From contig CAJINV010000011.1 in the NCBI GenBank assembly GCA_905178155.1, positions 1,822,454 to 1,886,453 on the forward strand: a DNA stretch of 64,000 nt. Reading direction: 5' to 3'. This DNA comes from Amoebophrya sp. A120. Lineage: Eukaryota > Protista > Dinoflagellata. The notes under the pieces are model-generated. The model saw only the letters and a list, made by a program, of their open reading frames with translations. It was not told the DNA's origin and did not search any database. Position 1 is the stretch's first letter. Every line of letters begins with the position of its first letter. Below are positions 21,263 through 34,648 of this stretch, piece after piece. A program made the position numbers and the translations under genes.

Positions 21263-23194
21263 TCATGACACTTGATCGTCGGGAAACATCTTCGCTAGCA
21301 CCACACGACTAGATTTTACTTTTACCTGGTTCGTCAGCATCTGAATGTGCTCCTTCTGTTGTGCTTCTGTGTCCGCGCGCTGAGCCAAGGCATGATCCAG
21401 GTGACCCTTCACATCGGCGGCAAGGGCGTCTATTCGGGCGGCGAAACAGGACTCCACAACTTCCAAGCCGACGTCCATACGCTTCTTCGTCTCTGGCCGG
21501 TCTCGGAAGTACCGCTCGAGAACCTTGCAAAAGGGAGATTTGTTTTCTTTCAACATGCATCTTTTGTTTTTAGGGTGGCACACTCTCATTTTCATGTCAA
21601 TGGCGAGATTCTGCTCCACTTCATGGGAAAAAAATTCAATCTACTGTATTCTGTAGTACGTGATGCGCCTCCACGTCGGATAACGATAATAGCCGCTGGT
21701 AGCAAATCACCATGGCTCGCGTTGGATTGGAACCTTTGTTTGATATTTGTATTTCGATTAAGTATGTTAATACTATATTGTCTTTATGTTTCCTTCTTTT
21801 CTGTTTCACACACGAGCACGCCACGCTCCGGATTATCACAGCAAAGACGTTCTAGTACCCAATGCTGTATCCCGAAATGGTGATCCCGGATTTTGGCTCG
21901 GCGTTTTTGGTCTCCTCTCAGGACTGAAATCGCCCCGAAACACTGGGTGCATGAAGGGCGTCGTTGCTTGTTGCGCCCCGGCCGGCGGCTGCAAATGCGG
22001 CGCTGCAGAAGACATGGCGGCAGACGGCAGACCAGCACCAAAGTTTTGGTTATGCAGCGGAGGTTGGTTGGGCACCATATAAAACCCTGTTTCCCGCGAA
22101 GACGCTGCGGCTCGCTGTGCGGCTGAAGCGCGTGTTGCTGTGCCACCTGGTGGAAGATCTTTGTTTCCGCCGGTGAAACTTCCCGCATTGTTTCCGTTTA
22201 CCGAATCAAAAACCTGGGCCTGAAAAATTCCGCTGGAGGGGGGAGGCTGAAAATTTTGGAAACTGGCGGCTGCGCCCGACGGCAGCCTCTGTCCGCGGGC
22301 GTCGAGGTGGAATTGCGATTGCGATAGTCCCTGCTGCTGGTCCAAAAATATTTGCGCGTACTGTGGCTGAAAGTCCTGCGACGTGTACACGCTCGCCGCA
22401 TCTCCTGGTGGTATCGCATCTCCGCGACTCGCCATGTGCCGCATTAGCGGAGGCCCGCGCGGGTTTATTACCGCATGTTGTTGCCCTTCAGTTACGCCGC
22501 CGGGCGGCTGGACCTGCCCAGAGGACGACATGTCCGCGGCGTGTTGTGCTGGCGCACCCGCAGCGAAATACGCCGGCTGCGGGGGAGCTTGGTCAGCAGC
22601 CGAAACACCGCTTGGCTTCCTGCCACGGAATGACATTCGCTGTGTACTGCTGCTCGAACTACTATCCTGCTCTTGTCGATGCGAAGAGCCAGCTTCATCC
22701 GGCATCTGTGCGTGCGCCCCTCCGGACGGCGGCATGGGAATCGCAGCGCCGGGAACACCTGCGCCAGCGGTCGCATTGAAGGAACCTCCTTGGGGCAGGG
22801 GTATCGCCGTTGAGGCCGCACTGGCAGTGGCGGCCATCGGAGCTGCACTGGCCGACGGTGGCATCGGAATCGCAGATGAGGAGCTTGCGGCGGCAGGCCC
22901 GGAATCAGAAGGTGCCGACGCCGAGGCCGTCGTGGTACCGGCAGCGGTGTTCGCAGGAGCTGTTGGCGGGGGTGGCATCGGAATTGGCGTGGACGATATC
23001 ACGTCTTTCTCCACATCATCCTCATTGTTGTCTCCGCCGGACCCTCCAGACTTCGATCTTCGTGCCGCGCGCTGTCTCCGAGACGCCGACGCGGACACCT
23101 CCTGCTCGCCATCGCTTGTTTCCCAGAGCAAACCGCTCGCGCCGCCCCAGAAGGAACCTCCAGACGCTTGTTCAGGGCTACCTGACCCTGACAT
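21263..23194 (-). CDS. Hypothetical low-complexity (Ala/Ser/Pro/Gln) protein, probably multi-exon and possibly continuing towards ~19.3 kb
   Basis: 452-aa ATG ORF with repeated AIPMPP motifs ending at a G|GTACTA donor-like site. The downstream helical ORF 21263-21619 is a likely exon. Confidence 0.55.
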
Positions 23195-23664
23195 CCTATT
23201 TCCGAAATCTTAGTAGCTACTTACCCGAGCTTCGAACCCTTTCAAAAGGTGGCGGTTCTTCAGGCTATCTATCCCTTATAGTTCTCTAGATGCTGACGTT
23301 TCTTCAATCGCAATCAAGGCCTACCGGAGATTCATTGTGCCTCGATTCTGCAAGCAGCTTTGTAAAATAGAACTTCTCTCTGCTCTCAGTACTTACGCTT
23401 GGGTAATCACGCGACGGAGGATGTAAGTAGGTGATCTCGATATGTAGTCCCATTGAACACCTACCGGAATCGCAAACTGTTGTCGCATTTCTAGCAACAA
23501 AACTGAACGCCGAAGAAATATTGAACCAGAAGTCGCCATGAGCATCGTGCTGCGCGGGTCGCACAAGTACGCTACTTACGCTCGTCGGCGCACACATCAA
23601 CGCAGCACTGTCGCATAGCTGATCCGAAACTGTTCATCGTGGTCAACATTAGTGCAGAAAAAAA

Positions 23665-25405
23665 TCAATTGCAGCCCCACCTTGGTCGTGCGGGTCGCGC
23701 CAAATGTTCCCGGACAAACAGTCCCTTTCTGTTGCGACCGCACACGCGCAGGTTGGTCACCGTATCGCCAACCTGGTAGGCTTCGAATCCCTTGTGCGCT
23801 ATTGCGTTGAGGCCGTTGCAGGAAAAATGCGTCTCCCCCTCGGGGTATGCATTGCAAATGCGTCATGGTCTGGAAGGATTCTGATTTGCATTGCACACGC
23901 GCTCACGGCATGACAAATCACGCGGAGGGTTTTTCTTTTTTTTATGCCTAGTGTGCATGAGAAACAAATACCCTGAAAACCAAAATCGGACATCCTAACC
24001 TTTGCTTGACTGCGCAAGACAGATTTTTGCCTGGAGCAGAATCCCCATCACAAGTAGTTGCAACAAACCTTCCAGAGCCAGACATATTTGCAATGCATAC
24101 AGGTGTCCGGTTTGTAACGAATCCGTCGACATAAACGGTGCGCTCGTCTTCATCAGGTGTTGTCTCATCTAGATTTTGACTCGCCTCGTCAGACGCTTGA
24201 CTGTGATTCTGCAACAGTCCATCGCTCTCCCGTGAGGCCCTTGAGAGGTGAGGATGTACCGCCGTCGCGACTGTCTGTTGACCTTCCGCGCGCGCGGAAG
24301 AGCAGCACCTCTGCCCGTGCTTATCTACGAGGTCTGCCGGCCTTGACGACGCGAACAGCTCCCGATTGAGCTCTGCGTATGGCAAGTAACGCTGCTGGGT
24401 CCGCCGAGCGACGAATTCTCCGGTCGGGTCCCGAAGCATCCGTCGTAAAGCTGCAGCAAGGTGGGGGAGCACCAAACTTCCCTCTGCCGCGTAGTGAAGA
24501 GCGTCTTGCGAGAGCGGTCTGTGCTCCCATACGGAGTTATACAGGTTTTTGTTTTTGGTGTGTAATGTTGGCTTGTCCTGCTGTGCCTGTGGTCGTCCAT
24601 AGCTTTCTTCGTCATCATCATTCACCCCGTCGCCCTGCTCATCGTGTAGCTGGTTCTCTGAAGTAGATGCGGTGAATGCTGCAGCGTAGCTCGATGAGAA
24701 GCTACCATGCAACCGCTGCCCCGCCCGTTCCACCGCGTCCCAGCGGCGCTCTTTGTACAGGCCTGGGAGAAAGATTCTTAACAGCTCCGGCAGAGACGCC
24801 AGGTATTTCGTACTGCCTTTGCGCTCCAAGTGGGCCAGGTGCGCAACTTGGGTGTCGAAGGCGTTTTGCAGTTTGATATCGTAAAGTGCCCGCAAAAACG
24901 CGGCGTCCTCGCGACAATCGTGGAAAATTTTGCGGACGTCTGTGCGCTCTTGGAAAAAAGTTCGCAATGTTGCTCGAGTTGCATCTTCCTCCAGTAAAGG
25001 GCTTGAGAAAGCGCTGCTCTCCGGCGACGACAGAGTTTGCGTTGTCCCTCGTGCCGCTTTTGTCTTTAAGGCTCTTGAAGCACCACTGTTCCTGTTGCAC
25101 TCAAGTAAATCCACGAGAGCGAGTTGCTGCAGCGCCGGCGAGTAAATTTGAAGTAAACTGGGTTTCCCAAAGCGCCCCAAATGTCCCTCAAGATCCACTC
25201 CAACCTCGGTCCGCGACGGAATTTCGCTGACGAAGTTCTGAAGCTGCTCTGGCAGGGTCAGGTACAGAAGGGTGGTTCCCCGTGGTTTACTTCTTGCTGC
25301 TCGAGCAGCGGCAACTGCTGCACCGGTCCAGAGCGACGCAGCGCGCGATGACATATGCGGCTTGACGTCGGCTGATATTTGTTGATGGTGACCGGGGGTG
25401 GTCAC
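23665..25405 (-). CDS. DEDD-type 3'-5' exonuclease-domain protein (EXD/Egalitarian-like) with a short C-terminal beta-rich domain; 2 exons
   Basis: VGVDLEG, SLLQI, KIFHDCREDAAFL, FDTQVA, WEHRPLS...YAAEG. Removing the introner at 23846-24099 extends the frame to TGA at 23665. Confidence 0.82.
23846..24099. mobile_element. Introner family B in exonuclease gene
   Basis: IR TATGCATTGCAAAT..GTC...G.TCTGGAAGG; flanks ACCTG/CCCCG. Confidence 0.87.
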
Positions 25406-25977
25406 GTTCAGTCGTTCTTCATTCTTCTATTTCATCCTGCACAGGGACACGGAGTGGGTAGATGTACACACTTGAAGAAATCGACGCAATGAGGAATGAA
25501 TATATATCATCACAACTAAGGCAGATCTCCAGCTGCGCAAATTTTTGCGCAGAAGCACGCAGACACATGTTCCTTCTGCATTGCGCGCGAAAGCGAGACC
25601 GAAATCTGTTGCGCTTAACTATAAATATGTGCGCCAAACCGCATCCTCGTCTTGCTCGCGCGACGAAAAACGCGTGTCTTGCGCGCGACATCATCTGCAC
25701 CTGCCAGCCAGTTTATGCGCACATCGACATCTTCACTATCACGCTTCATCTATCACTATCATCGTCATCTGTATCGGAACACCACAAGGAGCTGGCACAC
25801 GAGTCCGGATAAATGTGACCAAGGCCGCTGAGCTCCGTAGCAGCACAGCCGGTATTAATGTAGTGCGTGTTGTACCTCAACGTATGAATAAGTACAAGTC
25901 GCTGTCGCTCGTTAGATTTGAAAAATAGAAGAATTTTCTGGAGTCGAGTATTATTTTCGTTTTTCTGTACACAGCAG

Positions 25978-26775
25978 CTATATCTTGCCCATCCGGACAA
26001 GCTGGTCAAACCCCGTAAAGACCAGTCCTCCAGCTAGACTGTATCGGCCCATCTGCGCCCAGCTTCCCGCGGTGCTCTTGTACAGCGCGCCGGAGAAAAG
26101 TCCGGCCACCGGGGCGTTAAACTGGTCGTCTTCGCCTCGTATCCACCCGAGCAACTGATTGCTCACGCAGTAGTACAAAGTCATGATGGCCCCTTGGTTC
26201 GCCACCAGGGCACCTGGAAATCATTTGTGTCGTATGGTTGGAGGTTAAATGGAAAAAGAAAACGTTTTGCGCGACTACGAGATACTTACGGGTCAGAATA
26301 TACCAAACTGATCTTATTCAAAATTTGTTGTCAAAAACGCATCAAGGAGTACGTACCTCTGCTACTGACGCCGTTCATCACGCTGTTGAGAAAGAGTTTT
26401 GGCGTTGCTCCTCCTTTTCTCATGCCCAACAAAGAGCCGTAGAAACCGCCCGTAAGCATTCCGATACCGTAGCACAGGCCTACACTATACGTGATTTTCT
26501 CGCCCCATTGCCTTCCATAGCCTTCGAGATACCTGATAAATATTCAAAATTTGCTTGACCATCATGTAGAAGCGATTGGGGTCGATGTAATAGTGACTTC
26601 TACCGCATCCGTAAGGGTCACATGCTCTTGTCAACGCCAAAGAGCTATCAGGTAAGTACAGGTCGTCCTTCTTGTTTTGCGGTCGCGCTACCGGTGCTCG
26701 CTTCTCCAATAAAATGCTCGGTGATCCTGCCCCACCGGTGGAGAGGTAGTCATCATCTGTGGCGGCGCCGATCAT
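25978..26775 (-). CDS. TIM23: Mitochondrial inner-membrane translocase, Tim17/22/23 family, Tim23-like; 3 exons
   Basis: GT-AG introns 26533-26659 and 26214-26356 give DDLYLEGYGRQWGEKITYSVGLCYG...KLFLNSVMNGVSSRG...RGEDDQFNAPVAGLFSGALYKST. Confidence 0.88.
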
Positions 26776-28079
26776 GTTTATTGTCGTGCCGGACGAAAAT
26801 ACGAGTGCGAGTGGAATCCTTCTTGTGCACCAAAATCACAAGAGCCGCTGCAGCGCAAGATGCCACAGCTCAGTCTGCGACAACAGTCTTCACGATCTTC
26901 GTGAGGACAAAGACATTGTTATATTGATTCGGTATGGGTGCTAATAGTCCTGGGAAGATATTTTTTTGCCTAGTAGGTTTTAAGAGTGGAATCCGGACCT
27001 ACGAGCGCAAGCGCATGTACAAAACGAAACTTACCAAAATTGTTCGTCCTCTATAACTAAGTTTGCTAGGCCGTAAAGCATCTGTTTCAACCTCAAGCAA
27101 CATGAGAAAATGAGAGTGACTGAAAAAACGGCAGCTTCACTAAATCTAAAGTCAAAGCATAAGCAACCTGCCATGATGTCACATAAGAGAAACAATGGAC
27201 GACGCTTTGTTATTCAGCCGAAGGCACATCATCGAAATGATGAGTAACTATAGAGTTTGATGAAAATCATCTGTTTCTGTGCCACAAAACGTGACAATTA
27301 CAACTCCTACCGTACTTAGACTTACACGGCACCGCAAATAAATATTCATCTCGGATTAGACATGATCGTCGATTGGGATCATCTAGATTGATCTTCTTCT
27401 TCATGTCGTCACAACCGTCGCATGTGTTAGCCCCGCATCTTCGGCTTCTTTCCCAGAAGTCTATTACCTAGTACTTTACACTACAGGTGGTATTAGTGAC
27501 GCAAATCGCATGCAACATGCCGCAACTCCATCTTGATCGGGATCTCACTTCGCTGCAACCGCAAATAAAGGAAAAATAGAAAGGCGAAAGCGGCCCTTAC
27601 TGAAAAGAGAGCTATATCTTCATCACACACTAACACTATGTATGAGCAATAAAGGAAAAAATAAAAAATTGAAGTATATCTGAAGTCCTAATAATCATGC
27701 ACATTTCTGTAAAAAAAAATCTGATACATAGGAATCTGACGACCGTACGTAACTGCGTCATGTACAACTACCTACGTGCCCGGCGATCGGTAATACTAGG
27801 CACAAACGCGAAGTAGAAAACAGAAAATCAACCATCCATGACCCATCAAATACCGGAGAGAGGCCGAGAAGAAGAGACTGCCACCACTGCCTGCGCAACT
27901 AGTGAAAAAAAGTGATCCATTTGCGTAGCTGCGGGAGCAAAGGCTCCACTTTCATTGGTACGCCTAGACACTTTATTTAAGACGCGGACAAAGACAAAAC
28001 ACGCGAGCTTGTGCCCCCACTTCCGTGCTGAGAGGTTGCATCTCATGAGGCTGAGGACACTCGTCGAACTCTCCTCAAA

Positions 28080-31000
28080 TTGATTGATTCTCACCTGAGC
28101 AAGTGGCGCCATTTTGTTTCCGAACCACAAACACACGCCTAGGGAGAGGAGCTGCCCTCCCTATCCAAATTATAGGCGCGGGCGGCAATGAAATTATCGG
28201 CAAGCGGCAACAGGGCCAACCAGCCAAAAGGTGGGCATGCAGACTCGATCGCCGGCTGCGCCATGTCGGGTGCGCCGCTTCCTCGCGCACAGGGGCCTGC
28301 CCGACTGCGAGCGCCGACGGAGAAGCTCTGGGCCCTCCGCCTGCGGTAGTACACTGACGCGCGCGCCCTCCGCCTCCCGCGCGTGTGGCATAGCGCAGAA
28401 CACGCGCCAAAGGAAGAAACCAAAGCTCGGGGCCAATAGAATACATCTGGCCGTCAGCAGCCCAAGGAGAAACCCCGGGCATACCAAATGCCGCACGCCC
28501 ACGCGCCGACCGACGATTTGCAGAAGGACGGCCCGCATGCGCCTGCGCGGGCGCCCAGAGAACCCACAGAAGCCATCCACGGCGCGCCCCCCGGTGGGGG
28601 CCTCAACAGTCCCGCAGGCGACTGGAGGCCCCGCAGTCTGTCGGCAAGGCCTGACTTTCGGCAATCTTGCTGCTGCAGTATGCGACTCCGGGCGTCGAGT
28701 CGTGCTTGACTTTCAATCTGCCGGCAGCACACCAGCCACAGGCGATTCACGAGTTGCGCTGGAACCACGCTAACTCGGCGCAGCTCCTTATACGCGGAGC
28801 CTTGTACGCGGCGCACCCACTGCGCCGGGATGCGTGCAGCATGGGGCTCGTCATCTGGCGGACCAACTTGCCTGCCTCCTTCTGAGCTCCTTCAGCTTGC
28901 GCGCATTCGTTGCAGACTTCTCACAAAGAATAAATGCTGACGATTTATATACTCTGGACGAGAACAAGGAGTATTCATTGCCAAACACCAGGACGAGAAC
29001 AAGGCTCAAGGTCTCTCACAAAATCTGAATCAACCAACGCACCTTTGGGTGCGGTCGCTCTCACAAAAGAAAACTCCGATCTCTCATGATGATCATCATC
29101 ATCATCATTTTACTCTCCCTCACAAGTTAAAACCCAAATTCCACTGGGCGCCCGCGGTGGCGTGGCTCTGGACCAAAATGCAGCATCTCTGCTGAGTGCG
29201 GAACCAACGAACAACGCGCATGAGTATAGTAGGACTGGGTTTGGCTTCTACATGAGTTCCTTACTAGCGTGAGCAGGATTGCCAAGGCTTTTCTATTACT
29301 CTTTCGCGAACGAGTGTTTGCCAAGCTCTGTAGCGTCGTACTCCCATACAGAAGTCCAAATCTAAGCAGCAAAGCCAACTGTTGTGCTTGGTATCATTTA
29401 TTTTTGAAATTTCTATTTTTTCGTATGTCTACCTTGTCATGATGCCCACACGATTGGAGCAGCATCCCGCTCAGCATCTCCGGTTGGTTATTGTAGGACG
29501 AAACCAGAGTAATTTCTCGTCACCGTGCAGCCGCGCGACCGTCCCTCAGATTGATTCTCAGCTGAACAAATAACGCCATTTGTATGCTTTCGAAGCACAA
29601 AAAAACACGCGTCTAGGGTGAGGGGCTACTCTCCCAACCCGGCGGGCGCGGGCGGCAATGAAATTACAAGCAAGCGGCAACAGGGCCAGCCAACCGTAGG
29701 GCGGCCAAGCAAACTCGATCGCCGGCTGCGCCATGTCGGGCGCGCCGCTTTCTCGCGCGCAGGGGCGTGCCCGCCTGCGGGCGCCGATAAAGAAGCGCCG
29801 GGCCCTCCACCGGCAGTACACTAACGCGCGCGCCTTCCCGTGCGGGCGGCGGGCATAACGCAGGACACGCCCGCGCCAGAGAAAGAAGCCAAGCCACACC
29901 CGGGGCCACGGCACAAAATACATCTGGCCGCCAGCGGCCTAAGGAAGGAGACGCCCGGGGCATACCAAATGGCGCGCGCCCGCGCGCCGATGAATGTATG
30001 ACTTACAGGCGGACGGCCCGCATGCGCCTGCGCGGGCGCCCAGTTGTCCTCTCCTGGCTATCCTGCCTCGTTCTCCTCGTGCTTGTTGTCCTTGGCGAGG
30101 GTGAGGAGGGAAGCGCTTCGCGTCTCGCTGCTAACCGAACTAACAACATTTCCCGCTGGCTGCGTTCGAGGTTGGCGATGTGTGACATTGCCTGGAGCAT
30201 GAGAGAGACGCAAGAGATCCAAAGACGGCATTGACACGACAGTGAGAATACTTCTATGCACAAAATTAATACGGAAAGATCGCTAGTGCGCCATTACTTC
30301 GCATTCCAGCCTGTGCTTTCACTCCCTTGCTGAGAAATTCCATTTCATGAGCCTGAAGAGGACACTTGTCAAACTCTCTCTCTCCTCAAGTTCTCCGCTG
30401 AGCAGTTTGTTCTCGAACCACACACAAGCAACGTTCAGGGAGAGGAGCTACCATCCCTACCCGGTGGCCGCGGCCGGGCAAGAACAGTGAGGAAAATTAT
30501 AGATACGCACGTCGGCAACCCATAACGATTCGGCCTAGCTAGCCGTGGAGTGGGCAAGGGCGATCGCTGGCTGCGCCATGTCGGGCGCGCCGCTTCCTCG
30601 CGCACAGGGACCTGCCCGTCTGCGACCGACGAGAACAAGCACCGGGCCCCCCGCTGGGCAATACACTCAACCGCGCCGGCGGCATGGCCCAAAGCGCACA
30701 CCAAAAAACAGGTAGGATTGCTACTCGGGGCCAATATCTGGTATACATCAGCCCGCGGCCCACAGGGGGCCCACCAAGCGCAAGGGCGCGCATTTGCGTA
30801 AGAGGACTGCCCACAAGAAGCATTGGCCGAGCGAAGGCCGGGCCGCGCAACCAACCGGGGGCCCGCCGGCCGGCCTCGATATCCGGCGCGGCCTCAAATC
30901 TTGCCAGGGAGCTGCGCGGGCTTCTGCGTTTCGACAAACGTGGCCTGGTCGCCAATCATCTGCCGAAGCAGGGTCCACGTCGCCGGCATGTTCCGGCACT

Positions 31001-31905
31001 CATGGGCCTGATCTACGTCCCGGAGGGTGGTTGGTGCTCATGGCTCGGGATGTCTATCGCCCCCGCTAACGGCGGCGCGCCTTTGCTCGCTGATATCTTT
31101 CCCGCCCTTCCTCTCCGCACACCGCGCTGATTCATTTAGCAGCCTCGCACCCCTCCGCGACGCTAGCGTGCGTGAGGAATGTCAAATTTCTGCCCAAGCC
31201 CAGGGCGCCAACCTGCCAAAGCCAAGGCGCGCCCCTTGGCGGGGGCCTCCGCAGGGCCGCGGCGCGGCCAGGAAGTCTCCCCCTTTGCCAATTCGCCACA
31301 TGGCGGCACTGGCTCCGTCGGCACTGCGCTATCCTGCTCCGGCGCACAGCGGACTCTGCCGCGTCCTCGGCTGCCGAGACATCTTCGCCCTCGTCTTCCT
31401 CCGTAGACCCGTCAGGCGTGCTAGGTGATGGCGACGAAGCCGGCGGCATTTTGTACTTACTACAGAGTATTTGATCTTGATGCGCCCTGTAGTCTATGTC
31501 CTCTAGAACAACTCAAATTCAAATAAAACACCTAATACAATGCTCCTGTGTATGTGTAGTTGCGGGAGAAAGGGCGTCACTTTCATCGGTACGCCTACAC
31601 GCTTTAAGCCGCGGGCAAAACGCGTCAGCCTGTGCTTTCCCTCCCTTGCTGAGAAGTTCCATTTTATGAGCGTGAGGACACTCATCAAACTCTTGCTCTC
31701 CTCAGGTTCTCACCTGAGCAATTTGTTCTCGAACCACACACACGCGCCGTCTAGGAAGAGGAGCTACCATCCCTGCCCGGCGGCGGCGGCCGGGCAAGAG
31801 CAATGTCATTTCACTCAGAGTGAAATTATACGCACGTCGGCAAACCATAACCAATAGGGCTAGCCAACAGCGGAGTGGACAAACGCGATCGCCGGCTGCG
31901 CCATG
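28080..31905. repeat. Four diverged copies of a GC-rich module (~28080-28560, 29549-30042, ~30310-30770, ~31620-31905)
   Basis: Shared core CGATCGC.GGCTGCGCCATG near 28245, 29715, 30561 and 31886, with shared upstream TGAAATTA / GAGGAGCT.CC blocks. Confidence 0.8.
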
Positions 31906-33310
31906 GTGGATCTGGGTCGCCATTTCCCAGCACCCCTGCTGAATGCGGCGCCGGAAGTGGTCCCGAGAAACGTTCCAAAGCCCAGTTGGCGCCCACCCAA
32001 TGGTGGATCTTGGCCACGATTTAGCACCACGGCTGACTGCGCCGCTAGAAGTGGCGCCGTAAATGCAACGAACCCAAAATCCACTTGGCGCTCTTGCTGT
32101 GGTGGATCGGGGCCACGATTTCGCAGCGCCACTGCTGAACGCGGCGCCGGAAGTGGTCGCGAAAAAGCAAGCCACATTCCACTTGGCGCCCACCCGATGG
32201 TGGATCTTGGCCTCGATTTAGCACCACTGCTGACTGCGGCGCCAGAAGTGGGCCCGAAAATGCAAGCCAAATTCCACTTGGCGTCCACCCAATGGTGGCT
32301 CTTGGCCGCGATTGAGCGCCACTGCCGACTGCGGCGCCGGAAGTGGACCCGAAAACGCAACCCAAAATCCACTTGGCGCCCATGCTATGGTGGGTCTTGG
32401 CCTCCACGATTTAGCACCACTGCTGAACGCGGCGCCGGAAGTGGTCGCGAAAAAGCAAGCCAAATTCCACTTGGCGCCTACCCAATGGTGGATCTTGGCC
32501 GCGATTTAGCGCCACTGCTGACTGCGGCGCCAGAAGTGGGCCCGAAAATGCAAGCCAAATTCCACTTGGCGCNNNNNNNNNNNNNNNNNNNNNNNNNNNN
32601 NNNNNNNNNNNNNNNNNNNNNNNNNNNNNNNNNNNNNNNNNNNNNNNNNNNNNNNNNNNNNNNNNNNNNNNNGCAAGCCAAATTCCACTTGGCGCCCACC
32701 CAATGGTGGATCTGAGCCGCGATTTCGCAGCACCACTGCTGACTGCGGCGCCAGAAGTGGGCCCGAAAATGCAACCCAAAATCCACTTGGCGCCCATGCT
32801 ATGGTGGATCTGGGCCACGATTTCGCAGCACCACTGCTGACCGCGCCGCCAGAAATGGTCCCGAAAATGCAAGCCAAACACACTTGGCGCCCACGCTATG
32901 GTGGAATGGTCCACGATTTCCCAGCGTGCGCCCTTGCTGACTGCGGCGCCAGGAGTGGTCTCGAAACTGCAACCCAAAGTCCACTTGGCGCCCATGTTAT
33001 GGTGGATCTAACTGGGCCACGATTTCCAAGCCCCTCCAGAATGCGGCGCCGCAATTAAAACCGAAAAAGCAACGCAAAGCCCACTTGGCGCCCAGCCAAT
33101 GGTGGATCTTGGCCATGATGGATTTAGTGCCACTGCGGACTGCGTCGCCAGAAGTGGTCACGATAACGCAACCCAAAATCCACTTGGCGCCCACCCTATG
33201 TTGGTGGATCTTGGCCAATAAAATGTAGCTGCCCTTTGGACTGTGGTGCCGGAAGTGGCCCCGAAAAAGCAAGACAGATTCCGCTTGGCGCCCACGAAAC
33301 TCCACTTGGC
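31905..33310. repeat. GC-rich tandem satellite, 95-98-bp unit, spanning an assembly gap (N at 32573-32672)
   Basis: CCACTTGGCG recurs at 32081, 32179, 32274, 32369, 32467, 32562 and onward. Confidence 0.93.
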
Positions 33311-34648
33311 GTTCATGGCTTATTGGACCGCCCTGGAGAAGACAGGCACGGAGGATATGAAAGTCCCAAATATGCAACCCAAATTCCGTTTATTTGGCGG
33401 CCCGGACATGCAGAATCTAGTAGGCCACTACTCGTCTGCACCACTGCCGAACGCGGAGCCGGTACAACCAAAACTTCACAGTGGATCTCGCCTCAACGGT
33501 CCAACACGACATGGGGCTGGAGGTCACGAAACCAAGCAGGTGTTCGTGTATTCTGCTTTCCGTTTCTTTCTTTCTTATATATACTAGGCTCAGGCAGTGA
33601 CCTCGTTCATCATCTCGCATTTTCTCTTCTCTCTCTCTCTCTCGTCTCTCCGAAAAGCAATACATAGAGAAGAGTCAACGACAAGAGCACTACATCTTCG
33701 CAGGAGATGATTGATTCATTGATCAAGAACATTCCCTGCTGAAAATGTTTTTGTGAACGAAAACAGTAACAAAGAACTCATGCCTGTTTCCTCATGCCTG
33801 TTTCCTCATCCATAGCTTCTTTCACTTACGTGCCCTGGCAGTGGAATGAGCATATTGATTCATATCAATCCACAGCCACGATTAAACTCATCTAGAAAAA
33901 TTGTCCTCTGGTGCATCTGTTTTTGGTTTTTTGGCGATGACTCGCTTCCAGCACTGACCACAGCGAAGCCACTGTGCTATACCTATACATTTCGACAGTG
34001 AGGCGTGTTCGTGTAGTCCTTGCAAGCTGTCATGTGCTCCTGGCATTGGGATTGGTAATTGTACATAACGAATCCATAAGATATAGAGAGGTGACAAGGT
34101 CAAGGACTGTTGAAATTTGTCGATTGAGTCTGCTCCGCGAGCTCGCTTGGTGCTGTTAGTTCAGGAATCTTGACGTAACCCTCTCGGCAAAGTTGTAAGA
34201 GATAGTCGAAGAAATTTAGATTTTCCCTGCAAAAATCTTCTACTTGGCAAGCAACTCACCGTCCGAAATCGAAGGTGCTCTGTAACTGCTTGCAGGTGCT
34301 TGCCTCTGTTCTACTTCTAGGCACTACTTGTACTTTGCTTTTTAAATTGATTCGAAAAATTCCCCGCTTTTCGCTTTCCTTTTTGATTTTGCTCGTAGTT
34401 CGATGATCATAAAGAAAATAAACAAATGCGCAATATTCTCGTATAGCCGTGTGAAACGTCGCAAAAGATGTAGGTGGAGGGGTCCCATACTTGTCTCTCC
34501 CTTCTACATCAATCTCAATCTTACATAAATTTTATTTTTTGAACGAGAACGCGAGAGATGAAGGTACTCGGTGAAACAACAACTTAATAAATAAATTTCT
34601 TTCAAACCAAACCGTGTCGCACCTTGCGGAAGTTGATGTTGCCATTGT

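Noticed and set aside
27846-33667. Numerous 60-270-aa ORFs on both strands
   Set aside because: They are products of GC-rich repeats and satellite, with no protein motifs.
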